This document shows, in pieces, positions 53,301 through 64,000 of a stretch of DNA of 64,000 bases. Source of the DNA: Zygnema circumcarinatum SAG 698-1b (taxonomy: Eukaryota; Plantae; Zygnematophyceae); NCBI GenBank assembly GCA_037447605.1, contig CM074807.1:62001-126000 (forward strand). Direction: 5' to 3'. Positions within the stretch are counted from its first letter, which is position 1; the number at the start of each line of letters is the position of its first letter. The notes below the pieces were generated by a model. That model was not told where the DNA came from, made no database searches, and was given only the letters and a program-made list of their open reading frames with translations. Made by a program: the position numbers and the translations under genes.

Positions 53301-56300
53301 CATTCCTTTCAACGTCTCCTCCCCTCCCACTCATACCAGTCTCTCCATTTTCTTCTCCCTCCTCTCTCGCCTTGGGAGAAAACACCTCAGCCCAATCAAC
53401 TTTTGGATCTTTCTTCCATAGCTCGACTCTACCACCACTTCCCCCCCTCACTTCCATTCTCAAACCTTCTTTTTTCTTTGCTCTCGCTTCTCCTTCTATC
53501 CTTTCCACACGTGCAGGCAAATCTGTAGAATTTCCAAGTATATGCATCGCTTCTAAAGCCACTTGTGTATCTTCTCCGATCGGAGAGTCATATTCCCCCC
53601 TCAATGTTGCTGACACAGGAGCAGTAGCAACGCTGTTACTTGCAGGAAATTCCGTAAAGTTGTTCTGTTCAACGGAGGTTCCCAGAGAAATCCCAACCCT
53701 GCGAACACCAGTAGCATTTTTCTTTTTCTGCCTTGAGCCATTAGGGTATGTAGTTTTCTTTGTACCTTCAGCTTCTGCATTGCCTAAAGAGTCCCTCCTT
53801 TCTATCCTTGTAAGCTTGTTCTGACCCAGAAGTGACGTCCTAGAACTGCGGATATTTTCAGGAGCATTTTGCGCCTTCTTCGGAGCTTTCCTTGCACCGT
53901 GACGCCTTCCTCCTTCCTTTGATCCATCTCCCACCTTTACTTCCCTTTTATCATGTTGACTGTCTGCCCATTCATAAACATCACGAGTCGGTGCCTCTAT
54001 TACACCTCCCGTAAAACTTTCCCGCCCAAAAAATACATCTCCCCTACCATCTCCCCTACCATCTCCCACCCCCTCATTAACCCCATTTGCATGCCAAATA
54101 GGGTTTCCTAGAGCACCTTTCCCCATTCTCTCAACACCTCTTCCCCCTCTTCCCTTAGACCTTACCCCCTTTGTTTCAGCACGAAATGTGAAAGGTATTC
54201 CATTCTCCTCCGATACCCCTCTGGGCTTCTTCAGGCCCCTTACAATCCCCAATATTGGCATTCCTAACAGCCCTTCTCCCAGTTCTTCCTGATCTGACTG
54301 AATCTCTCCGGGTTCCATGCGTAAATCCGTTATACCATGACCTAAATCATCGTCATATGAATCAGGTATCAACTGATCAATTATGCCGAAAGCCCTCCGT
54401 TGGGACTCTTCTCCAGGGGGCTCCGTTTCAGAATCAAGACTTAAACGCACTTCCCAAGACTTATCTGCAGGCTTTACTTCATCCATTATTCTTTCCTCAA
54501 CAATTTTCGTTTCCAGCCCTTTGGAATCATCCCCTTCAGCAGATTTGCAGTTCCTAACACCATTACTGCAATCCAATACCTGCTCCCATCCTCCTTCCCT
54601 TTCTCTCTGTCGTTCCTTACATTCACCCTCTTCTTCCTTCCGTTCACTATCCCCTTCTCTATCTCCATTCTTGGGTTCTCCCTCTTCCAATTTCTCTCCT
54701 ATTTTCTTGCCCTCTACCTCTCCCTCTCCCCTTTTCTCTTTTTTGGTTGTCCCCTCTACTTCTCCCTCTCCTTCTCCACTTTCCCTCTGTACTCCCTCTC
54801 CGTCTCCCGCTCCGACTCCCCGCCTATGTTGCATGTCAACTTTACACAACATCTCTATACTTTCATGACTGATATCCTTTTTTTCTTCTTTCTCCTCTCC
54901 GACTTCCCTATAAGCCAGCACGCCCAGTTGATGATCTCCTCCTCCCTCGCCTCTCTGACAACATTCACTCCCTTCCACTTCATCTAGTCCACAAACTGGT
55001 TTCAACTGTTCGTGAGCTGCTCCTGTAGAACTTCTGTGGTTTCCCTCAAGGTTAGCTTCCACATGTAAGGTGCTCTCGGATTCTGTGAATCCTTTTGTAC
55101 AATTCACAATGTGATGGTGCCTAAGTAAGGTTACAGGAGCTTCCCCTAAACTCTCGCATGCACAAGCTCTGCCTAAAGAGTGCTGATTTTCTAGGTCACT
55201 ATGGGAAGTGTGAGTGGGACTCACCTTTATCTTCCCCACCTCCCTACTTCCTCTATCTTCGTAACCTCTTCTCCCTCCTACATCTACCTTACCGCTTCCG
55301 TCCTCCTTCAGCTTCAAAGACCCTGCCACACGTAGGTTTTCGTGACGAGAATTGTCGATATCGTCTGCAACAATCAAACTAACATATGAAGATATTGCCG
55401 TTGAAAGGTAAATAAAAACAACATCTAGCAGTCATTTCGAATAGTAGATGGTATCAGTGGAAACGTCACTAACCAGGATCTTCCTCTTCATCTCTCGTCG
55501 ACTCCTTATCGTCTGTTGTTTTCTCCTGAACGGCTTCAACGCACTGCGTCCCCTCCACCTCTGATCTCTCTCTGTCCTCCAAAACTTGCGTTTCTCCTTC
55601 CACTCGATGGCCTGCATTATCTTCTAAACTAAAATCTCCGGCTTCGATATCTCTATATTCTATTTTTTCACGTCCATCTTCGCTTCGTTTCCGCTTACAC
55701 GAGCCAGACAGCAGCGCAGCGTCACTTACCAAAGCTAACATTCCCGTAAAATATTTCTCACACCTCCTCTTTGTATTTCCGTAGCTTGCTTTAGTAGCCT
55801 CTCCTGCACTCCCAGCTTCACCCAAAAGTGCGGATAACTCAGGGAAATCAATTCTTTGAGTTTCCTCTACTTCTTCCGCACAAGTATCCCCTTCGTCAGC
55901 CCACTCGTATCTCTCTGTGTCTTCTTCACATTTCTCATTTCCTCCTTCCAAAGCATCCACCCTGTGCAGTCTCTCTCCATTTCCGTGGTAAGGGCAAGTT
56001 CCTTCCAACGTCTTGTCACTCTTCACTGCAGTCCTCACCCTCTTACAACTCTCTCTCCAGGGCTGGGTCTCTTCAACCTCCACCAATGTATCGCCCACCG
56101 CTCCTCCTTCTGATTCGTCTCCTCCTCTTCTCCTCGCTTTCTGAGTAAAATCTCTAAAACTCATATCCAACTGATCAGTTCCCCCTGTCAGAACCCTAAT
56201 TCCGGCTGTCAACTTCACCCGATTTCTTCTCTCCTCCCCCGCAAGCGCTCCAAACCTCGGAGTGTCGCCATCCTCTCTCTCCACTGACTCCCCCAACGCA

Positions 56301-56860
56301 ACCTCTGAGTCTTCAAGAAGAAGACACAACCCTCTGTTGCAGGACCTCTTCTTTCTCTCTCTCTCCTCCTCCTCCTGTTCAGACTCCTCTTCCCTCTCTC
56401 TCTTCCGCAAAATCCTCCGAGATTCATCATTAGCACCAAGAACAGAAACTCCCTCCAGAATATTTCGAGAGTCGCTTGCTGCTTCGTGGAAGCTTCCTGT
56501 AAATAAAGGCTCTCCAAAGCTCGGAGAAGACTGCCAAGTGTTCTTGGCATCCTCTCCCTCCTCCCGCTTTGACAGATCCTTCACCCTCATGCAAGCACGT
56601 CCGCCCCCCTCCTGTCCTCTGACCCTTCCCTGCATATGTGGTCGTCCATCTCGCCTCTCTCTCTTCTCCTCTCTCCCACTCTCACCTCCTCCTAACGAAG
56701 CGAGAGGCGCGTCACCTCTAATGGCATCAGCATTAACACCATCTCCGCGTTCAAATATGGTGCCATGCCTCCCTCCCATGTAATCTAAAGCGGCAACCTC
56801 CGTCCAGGCGTTGGATTCCGCAGCTCCCGCCCCTCCTCCGAGGCGCCCACTTGCCGCCAT
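50373..56860 (-). CDS. Large low-complexity protein with C-terminal tandem BRCT domains (MDC1-like; plant BCP3/BCP4-type)
   Basis: Two giant E/G/R/K-rich exons (about 56860-55473 and 55365-52076) with TQ/SQ motifs, then DVRVLFSHSL | MVNKLGGKIASNPSECTHFVVEKFGRTVNMMIAIARGCHVVTPEWLESC..FILQDARKEREFGFSL | VYIAPHTTPAPKELSEIATAAGAK | ..CLVLAGEAD.. | ASVYSAEFLMSAVLLHRIDFS | KHRMFYNQRTKKSRK* (stop 50373-50375; last exon tentative). Confidence 0.88.
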
Positions 56861-56941
56861 GGATTTTTAGGGTCAGAGCTTGCAACGCTCTGCCGGGCGA
56901 GGGAACCGCGCTGGCTCCAACGGGCAACTGGGCTCCTGCCT

Positions 56942-58003
56942 GACGTGGCGCGCCACGTCGGACGGATGCCTGACACGTCCGCAGATGGTTATATGACCGC
57001 TATGGTGACCTCAGTTTCAGAAAAATGAAAAACGGTCAATTCGCGTCCGCTCCCTCCCATTCCCCCCCTTCTCTCTCTCTCTCGCTCAGGTGTTCCAACA
57101 GGCGCCACGTGGCGTGCGGCCATGGCCTCCGGCGGCGTTTCCCCCTTTCCTCAGGACTCCAATATCGCAGCATATCGCATTTCTCCAAACCGGGATATAA
57201 CAAGAATTCAATATCGCGATGCATCCCACACTTTCATACCGCTTTATATCGCGTCGGTTCCAGAATCGACCCCTCCGCAAAAGCTGCCCCCAAATCGAAG
57301 AATTTCTATTTACGTGGCGCCTACTCATTGGTCGCGGTGGAACAGCTCTGTGTCCCTACCCCCGACTTCGTGCCCTTACCGCGTACCACGCGCCTGTCCC
57401 CGCAATCGCTGGACGGCCTCCGATTGGCTGCGCGCGACTTCGACCTCGTCTCCGTGGCGCGTCTAGTCACTCTAGTGACTGTCACGTCAAGCGCCTGAAT
57501 TCGAGCACTTATCGATAAGCAGTCAGCTCGCACTTGCGCGTTCGTCTGTGGGCGCCGCGTGGCGACTGTGGTCCCACCGACGCATTCCCTACATACGTCG
57601 ACCGTCGATGGCCATCGGAGGAATATATACCGTCCGATCAGCAGTTAAGAAAATACTGCTGATGTCAGCCGTCCGCTCGTCGTGGGACCACCGCGTAGCC
57701 GTGACGCCACGTGGAGCCCTCAGTAGACCTGCCGCCCCCTCTGCCGCGTGACGCTTGTCGGGACCTGTGATAAGGTCGTCGCACTATACGGACGGCCCGG
57801 ACCGCCCGTTGACCAAAATTTGATGTAACGTGGCGTTCTTTCAGTCGTCCGATCTCTAACATTGCCGTTCGGGCCTGCACGCTCGCCCCCACCGACGATA
57901 AAGCGCCGAAGCGCAGAATGAAAATGACTGGGCATCGGCCAATCAGAGGCCGTCGTTGTGTCGGTGCGCTTTAGCGATTCCGAATGCGCGCCGCCACGTG
58001 GCG
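56942..58003. promoter_or_regulatory. G-box/ABRE (ACGTGGC) cluster in the divergent promoter between the BRCT gene and the orphan gene
   Basis: 18-bp palindrome GACGTGGCGCGCCACGTC at 56942-56959; CGCCACGTGGCG at 57103-57114 and 57992-58003; GCCACGTGG near 57706; ACGTGGC near 57312 and 57829. Confidence 0.45.
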
Positions 58004-58556
58004 CGCTTGGCCTCGCCAAAACGCGGTCCCACCGGTCGATGAAATGCTCACCGACATTTGCGGCGTTCTGGAAGCGGCCCGAAATATTTTCGCCTCCAGT
58101 AATCGTCCGCGATCGAGCGAGCGTTGGCCGGGCAGCTGAAATTCTACGACCAGTGCAGCCCACCTTCGGCGCCTCACGTCACGTCACATCGCACGCACCG
58201 TACGCGACCATTCCACCACGGCGGTGGCGCCACCTGTTGGTCCGTGCAGTCTATTTGAAGATGCGGTAGGAGCACGGCCCGCCGGTTTGAGCCGCACGTT
58301 TCCTCTCCGGGCAGCTCGCGGCCAACCTTAAGCTGCCCGAACGGCGCTCGCCCAATCGCGGACGCTTGCGTCGCCAACACACGGCAGCCGAAACCATTTC
58401 AGGCCTGCCCGGGGCCCATCCCAAGGTCTCGCCCCGCGTCCCGGACCATCATTCCTACCTCACTCACTTCACCTACTCTCTCTCTCTCTCACTCTCACTT
58501 TCTCACACACACTCTCTCGCTCTCTCTCTCTCTCTCTCCTGCATCCAACTACGGCC

Positions 58557-60485
58557 ATGGCTGCCGCGCCCTCGCCCTCCCTCCGCGAGCGCGTGCGCTT
58601 GCTGGCGCTGAACCAGCTGCAGGCGCTGCTCTCGTACTGGCGGCTCTACACCGCCGCGCCGGGCGCCGACCGCGACGCCTTCGCGCAGACGGCCCTCGAC
58701 TACAGCAAGGCGTACGGCGTGCTCGACCTCCCTCCCCTGCCGCCGCCTGTCAAGGAGCCCTCTGCGAGTCTCGAGGACTCCCACATGAGGAAAAGGGCCG
58801 CCGTTGAAGACCGCCTACGCGAGCTCGCCCTCCCTCAGTTGCGCGCGTTGTTGTACACATGGCAGTTGTGCCCCAATAGCCTCCCCCTCGATCGCCACGC
58901 CTTCCTGCAAGTTGCGCTCGGATACGCGCACCTCCACAAGGTCGTGGAGCTCCCTCCGCTGCCGCCGCGTCCTGCCGAGGCCGCCGCCTCTCTCGCAGGG
59001 GCCGAGGAGGAGGCAGCGCCAAGGAAGCGGCGGCTTCAGGAGGAGGAGGAGGAGGAGGAGGCGGGCGAGTGCGCCGAGAGGGAGGGGGAAAGAGGCAGCG
59101 TCAAGCGCCTCCGCATGGCGTCGCCTGCTGCGCCCGTCCCCTTCTCTCCCGCTCCCTTCTTCCGCCCGAGGAGGAGAGCCTCCACCTCCACCTCGCCCTC
59201 TCTCGCGGCTCCATCGCTCAAACGGCCCGCGGAGGCGGAGGCGCCTCAGAGGCCTTCTTTGCTCCCTGTGTACCACCCCCCCATGGAGGGTTCAAAGAGG
59301 GTGGCGACTCGTTTTTATCAGCACGAGCGCGTTGAAGCTGGTGAGTATACATTTTTTATATGTTTTAGTTTGTTTATTCTTTTTTTTTTTGTTTATTTTT
59401 TCTTGTTTATTTTTTTTTTTTTAATGTTTTTTACACGTTTGTCTTTTGTCAACTTCTGCCAGGTCTGTCGCATGGCATGAGGATGTTCCTCGGCATTGAA
59501 AGTTTCAAGCCAACGCCAAAGGTACTTTTTCTTATGCTATTCACTAGGCTAGCCTTGTATGCGTACAGCTTGAAGCAGCTCAAGGAGCCTTACCCCCTTT
59601 GTTTGTCTGCTGCAGGAGTCGGCTCTGAAGCATGACAAGTGGATCAGAAAATCGATCGAGAGTCAAAAACAAGCCGAGGTGAGAATCATCTTTCTCTCTC
59701 TCCCTATGTCTCAGTCACTCTCTTTCACTGTCCCTCCCACGCTCTCCTCTCTTCCTCTTTCTTTCTTGCTTGGAATGTTTATCTGAATGAACCAAAATCA
59801 GGCAGAAAGGTAGCGATGGTGCATAATGATGGGAGATAGTTTGAAAACACAATATTCCTTTTGCTGATTTCATTTTCCGAATGTTTTTGTGGCGAATGCG
59901 CAGGAAAGAGCCGAGGCAGCTCGGAAGGCCGCCCGCGAGCAAAGGGTGGCGGAGGAAGGTGCCGAGGAGGAGCGGAAGAGACAGGTCCGGAAAGCAATGG
60001 AAGAAGCCGACGCCGCGAAGCTGAAGACTGCGGAGGAGCTCGGGAGCGACTGCTTGGAGGCGTACAAGGAAGTGGCGAGCAAACGAGATGAGTTTCGGAA
60101 GCTCAAAAGCGAGTGGGACGACTCGCGGCGGCTGGATGAGCTGTGGAACGAGAAGGAGACGCGCCGCCAGCTGAGGGATGAATACCGAGAAATCGGCCAT
60201 CAGCTCCTCTTAATATACGTGAGTCAACGGACCCCGCTCGACCTCTCCTTGCGTTGTTATCCCCCCTTCGTTTCGCTCTCTCACTCTCTTTGTTTCTATC
60301 CTGCTCCCTTCCTCCGTAGCTGAAGCTGCCTCTGTCTGCTTGTCTGCCTGCTTGCTTGCTTGCAGACGCGCAAAGTCCACGAGTTTGTGAAGGTGGAGGC
60401 GGTGAGCGTGGCGGATCGAGTGCTGGAGGAGGCCTGTGCCGTCGCAGCCATTCGCGGTTGGCCGGAGGCGGCCACAGCGGCGTAG
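58557..60485 (+). CDS. Uncharacterised 446-aa protein with two tandem 52-aa helical repeats, basic NLS-like motifs and a C-terminal coiled coil, 5 exons
   Basis: Exons 58557-59340, 59463-59521, 59616-59678, 59904-60218 and 60366-60485, all GT-AG with consistent phases, total 1341 nt and open to TAG. High-GC3 coding bias; no family recognised. Confidence 0.85.
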
Positions 60486-60686
60486 AGACACACCACACAG
60501 AGGATAGGGGTGGGGGTGGCGCATTTTTGCAGTCTTCCATTAGTCGGTGTCTATGTCAGTTCCGGTTTCAGTGTCAGTTCCAGTTCAGCCACAGCGGCGT
60601 AGAGACACGCTGTATGGGGGTGTCGACATTTTTGCAGTCTTCCATTAGTCGGTGTCTATTGCAGTTCCGGTTTTAGTTCCAGTTCT
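60471..60686. repeat. Imperfect tandem duplication (about 118 bp and 98 bp) spanning the orphan gene's stop codon
   Basis: GCCACAGCGGCGTAGAGACAC..CATTTTTGCAGTCTTCCATTAGTCGGTGTCTAT..CAGTTCCGGTTT..AGTTCCAGTTC occurs at 60471-60588 and again at 60589-60686. Confidence 0.88.
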
Positions 60687-61854
60687 TGTTTTTTTTGTTC
60701 GACACTGAGTGAGTGCGATTTTTTTGCTGCAACATCTATGATGTTTGCAGTTTCCATCGCTGCTCCTCAGTTGTAAAGTGCAGTTCAAGAGTGTTGTAAC
60801 TGAACATGGAACTGGCTGACCGGACCAGCATTTTTTTTAGATGGCAGTTTAGCAGCATCATCCTCAACGAGGACAAGTCTTTTTTTTTTTTTTTTTTGTT
60901 TTTCATAAGATCGGAGGAGTTTGGAAATTCTACAAGTGCTGCGCAGACAAATGAACGCTTTGTGTAAAACCATTAATAAAGTAGGGATTTCCATGAACTG
61001 ATGAGGACTGCCTTGGCTGTTGTTTTGGCATTCACCAGTTTTAGTGAAGATGGCGGTGGCTCGGCCCTTACTGCAAATATGTGACGAATCGTGAATGGCA
61101 TGTGACTGACTGACTGAATGATTGCATCCCTCCCTGCGTGAGAGAGAGCATGACCTTGAGTGCCGTGCCTGCCATCAGCCCACCCTCTCCTCTGGGGTCC
61201 AACCTTCTCCCAGCATGGACTGGACTCCGCTGCATTATTAGATTGACGGCAATCCTTCCCTCTCTCATCGCTCGTCACATCAATCGGCCGCCTCTGTCGT
61301 AGATTTGGTGACATCGATGCGGCCCCCATTGTGTCTCGCGTCGTGCGTCGTGCGTGTATCTTCTCTCGCAACTTATCGCTGTGAGCTTCTATTGTTTGCT
61401 TTTGAGTCGTTTGAGTAACTTTTTCGTCAAGATAATAAAAGCGTAGAAACGTTTGAAACGAGGATAGAGCATACCGAGAGGACATATTGAGCAAACACAT
61501 CATCTAAAAGCCGTCCAAACGTGGAGCCCCTGTTTGAAAGTTGTCGTACAAAGGTGATGTAACGCAGCAGATGGTACAAAGGTGTGGCTGGAGGACCCTC
61601 TCCCCTACCCGGCTACAGTCTTAAGCACGCTCTGTTTGTTTTCGTGGGAACGTAGAAAGTGCCTTTATTTTTTACCATGACTTTTTCATAAACATTACTA
61701 CTTTTTACTCTTTTTCTGCGGCCATGGAATACCCTTTCCCTTTTGTAGCCCTTTTTTTTGTACTTTTTTACATGTCCGGAGCCTAAGATGCCGAGGCAAG
61801 CTATAACGGAGAAGCATGTAAGCGTTTGACCAGTTACAATAAAGCAGCTGTGGT

Positions 61855-64000
61855 CTATGACAGAGAAGGCGAGGCCTCCGGTCCAGAGGGAGGAGAGGAA
61901 GAATCCAGGTGGCCCTCAGACCGACTCTCCTCTCCAGCCTTGGCCTTTGAAATTTGGGGTGCCGCCGCCCCTTCCTTCTTCTGTGTGAGGAGACGGGAGA
62001 AGCCGTAACCGAGAGAGGAGCCGCTGATGGCGGAGAGCTGCAGGAGGCCAAGGATCAACGTAGTAAGAAAAAACCACCCTGGATTGGTGACGAGAGAAAG
62101 CGGGGAGAGGGAACAGCGAGGAGGAGAGGGAAGGTGAGCAGGGGAGTGGATCGGTAACTGGAGGGGAGAGAGAGAGGGGGGGAAGGCTAGTCACGAGAGA
62201 GAGGGAAGGGAAGAGGAAAGGGGGGGGGGGGGGGACAAAGGTGGGGAGGTGGGGTGCGGNNNNNNNNNNGGGGGGGGGGGGTTGGAAGGGGGAGGCGGGG
62301 CGGGAGTAAACGAAAAGGAGAGTTGTAGGAAGACGAGAGAGGAGAGTGGGGAGGAGAGAGGAAGGAAAAGTGCGACAGGAGGGGAGTGGAGCGGAAAAAA
62401 AGGATGAATAGAGATGGCGAGGGAAGGCGACAGAGGAGGGGGAGAGGAGAGAGGTGGGTCGAGAGGAGGAGAAGAGGACAGTGGAAGAGAGAGCAGGGAG
62501 TGTTGGAGGCATTCCGCACGACAGCAGCAAATTACCTCTGTTAGCTCTGAGAGATGTCGAATCCTGAACTCATCAATGGCTGCTGCTATCTCCTGTGCTG
62601 GTAGCTTCACCTGTCACGTTACAACCAAAAGGAACTAGTCAATCGCCATCTTCTCTGCAGCTTTCGCATCGCCAGTTGCTCTTTCTGAACCTTGAAACCC
62701 TCAAGAAACCGTAGAAAAGAAAGTCAATAAATGGAAAGGATTGACAGGAAACGATAGTTATAATTGAGTCGGAACAGACCTGCGCGAGCACAGCCGCTGC
62801 CAGTTGTAAGCTCGGCTCCAAAGTCTCCGGGACCACCTGTCACACCAACACGATGGGTTTTAATTCAAGTAGTCAAGAAGGCCCAACATACTCCCGAGCA
62901 TGTCTCCCTTGTCATGTCGTTTACTAATTCCCTGCTCACCCCTCTACCTCACCCGCTCACACCTCCCCTCTCAATTCTCCTCCCTTGCTCAGGCATCTCG
63001 CCCTTCCGCCCTCCCTTCCCTTCATCCGGCCCTCTCTTCCTCCCTCCCTCCCTCCATCCCTCCCGCCATCCCCTCTCTTCCTAGTCCCGCTCTCCCTCCT
63101 CTACCTTCTCCTCTACCGCTTGTGCTCCTTCCCTCCCCCCTACCACTCTCCATCCCCTTTCTTCCTCCCTCCCTCCCTCTCTCCCTCTCTCCCCCCCTCC
63201 CTCCCCTCTCCCTCCTACCCTCCCTTCCTCCCCCAGCTCACCGCTGTCGCTCCCGCCTTCTCCAAGTTAATTCCGTGGTCGATATCGTGCGCTCGAACAA
63301 ACGTTTTGACGTGCGGAAAGTTTTGCCTCAAAGCCCACACAGTGCGGTAGTTGGCTCCGGGAGTGTCGAGAGTGATGACTGCTGCGGCCGCCCTTTCTGC
63401 TCCAACTTTATGAAGGACCTGTGGAAACACAAAAAATAGAATTACCATTCATGTCTTAGAAGACTCCTAAGTAAGGCCTGGAAACACACACATCTCAAAC
63501 TTGATTGTAAAAAAACAAAAAAAATAAGCAATACAAGATTTGTAGGAGAGTGTGCCACTCCCTTTTCTACACTCTTCTGCTGCATGTTTGGCTAGCAATT
63601 CCGAGATTATAGAGCCCTCTGAATGTCAACAATTCACATCACATAATGTAAGTGTAAGGTTCTTACATCTCTGCTGCCTGCGTCTCCAAAGTAGACTGGA
63701 AGGTCCAAGGCTCGTCCTGCTTGCACTCTCTCACTGCCATCGAATTGAACGGCCATTGAATCAGAGTGGAGAACGAGACAAACACTATAAAATATAGACA
63801 TAAACTCAGCAAACAATTAAGCTCGGCACTCTACAACTTCAGCTGAACGAGGCCCCCTTCTGTAAATGCATAAGTTGCAGAACAAGGAGCCTTCTGTGTT
63901 CACCTACAACGGAAGTTTCACTGTTCCTTCCCCAACCTCTCCTCTCTTCCCTCCACTCCCAGGCTGTCAGCTTCCTTTCATCCTTTTCCTCTCTCCCTCT
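61855..64000 (-). CDS. KEA2: Plastid K+ efflux antiporter KEA1/KEA2-like, C-terminal KTN/TrkA-N region; 5' part lies beyond the right edge
   Basis: ERVQAGRALDLPVYFGDAGSRD | VLHKVGAERAAAAVITLDTPGANYRTVWALRQNFPHVKTFVRAHDIDHGINLEKAGATA | VVPETLEPSLQLAAAVLAQ | VKLPAQEIAAAIDEFRIRHLSELTE | LSAISGSSLGYGFSR..SLS* (stop 61855-61857). Closely follows the Arabidopsis KEA1/2 C-terminus; KEA1 vs KEA2 cannot be distinguished. Confidence 0.95.
62260..62269. other. Assembly gap (10 N) inside a G-rich KEA intron
   Basis: Run of N between two poly-G tracts. Confidence 0.99.
62990..63240. repeat. (CCCT)-rich low-complexity tract in a KEA intron
   Basis: Almost exclusively C and T on the + strand. Confidence 0.85.

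Noticed and set aside
52904-56783. S/P/L/F-rich + strand ORFs (106-306 aa)
   Set aside because: Antisense shadows of the purine-rich giant exons of the BRCT gene.
57150-57255. Four ATATCGC motifs resembling MITE subterminal repeats
   Set aside because: No TIR or TSD found, so it cannot be called an element.
60973-61503. 176-aa minus-strand ORF downstream of KEA
   Set aside because: No recognisable motif or splice framework; it lies in the convergent 3' region of two genes.

Overview
Gene-dense, intron-rich eukaryotic nuclear DNA with land-plant-type genes. The GC-rich exons and abundant (GGGA)n, (CATGG)n and (AG)n tracts suggest a streptophyte alga such as Closterium; this is inference and the taxon cannot be proven from the window. 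Exons were assembled by hand from GT-AG boundaries and recognisable protein motifs. In order: SRT1 sirtuin (-, runs off the left edge); SLC43/FMP42-like MFS transporter (-); ADF (+); EAF6 (-); a candidate small-ORF spliced transcript (+); half-size ABCG transporter (-) with a 1.1-kb G/A-only intron tract; UBP22 (-); a transposon nest (hAT MITE with 8-bp TSD, interrupted by a TG..CA solo-LTR-like insertion with 4-bp TSD, plus a second truncated MITE copy that shows the empty site); clathrin light chain (-); RBM25 (-); LSM12 (+) with a minor-spliceosome AT-AC intron; canopy/saposin-like ER protein (+); BAT1-like amino-acid permease (-); an unexplained 2-kb region with a possible GT77-like relic; a large MDC1-like tandem-BRCT protein (-); an orphan 5-exon, 446-aa gene with two ungapped 52-aa SAP/HEH-like repeats (+); and the 3' end of KEA1/2 (-, runs off the right edge). 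The orphan repeat protein is the best novelty candidate. No rRNA, tRNA or CRISPR features are supported.
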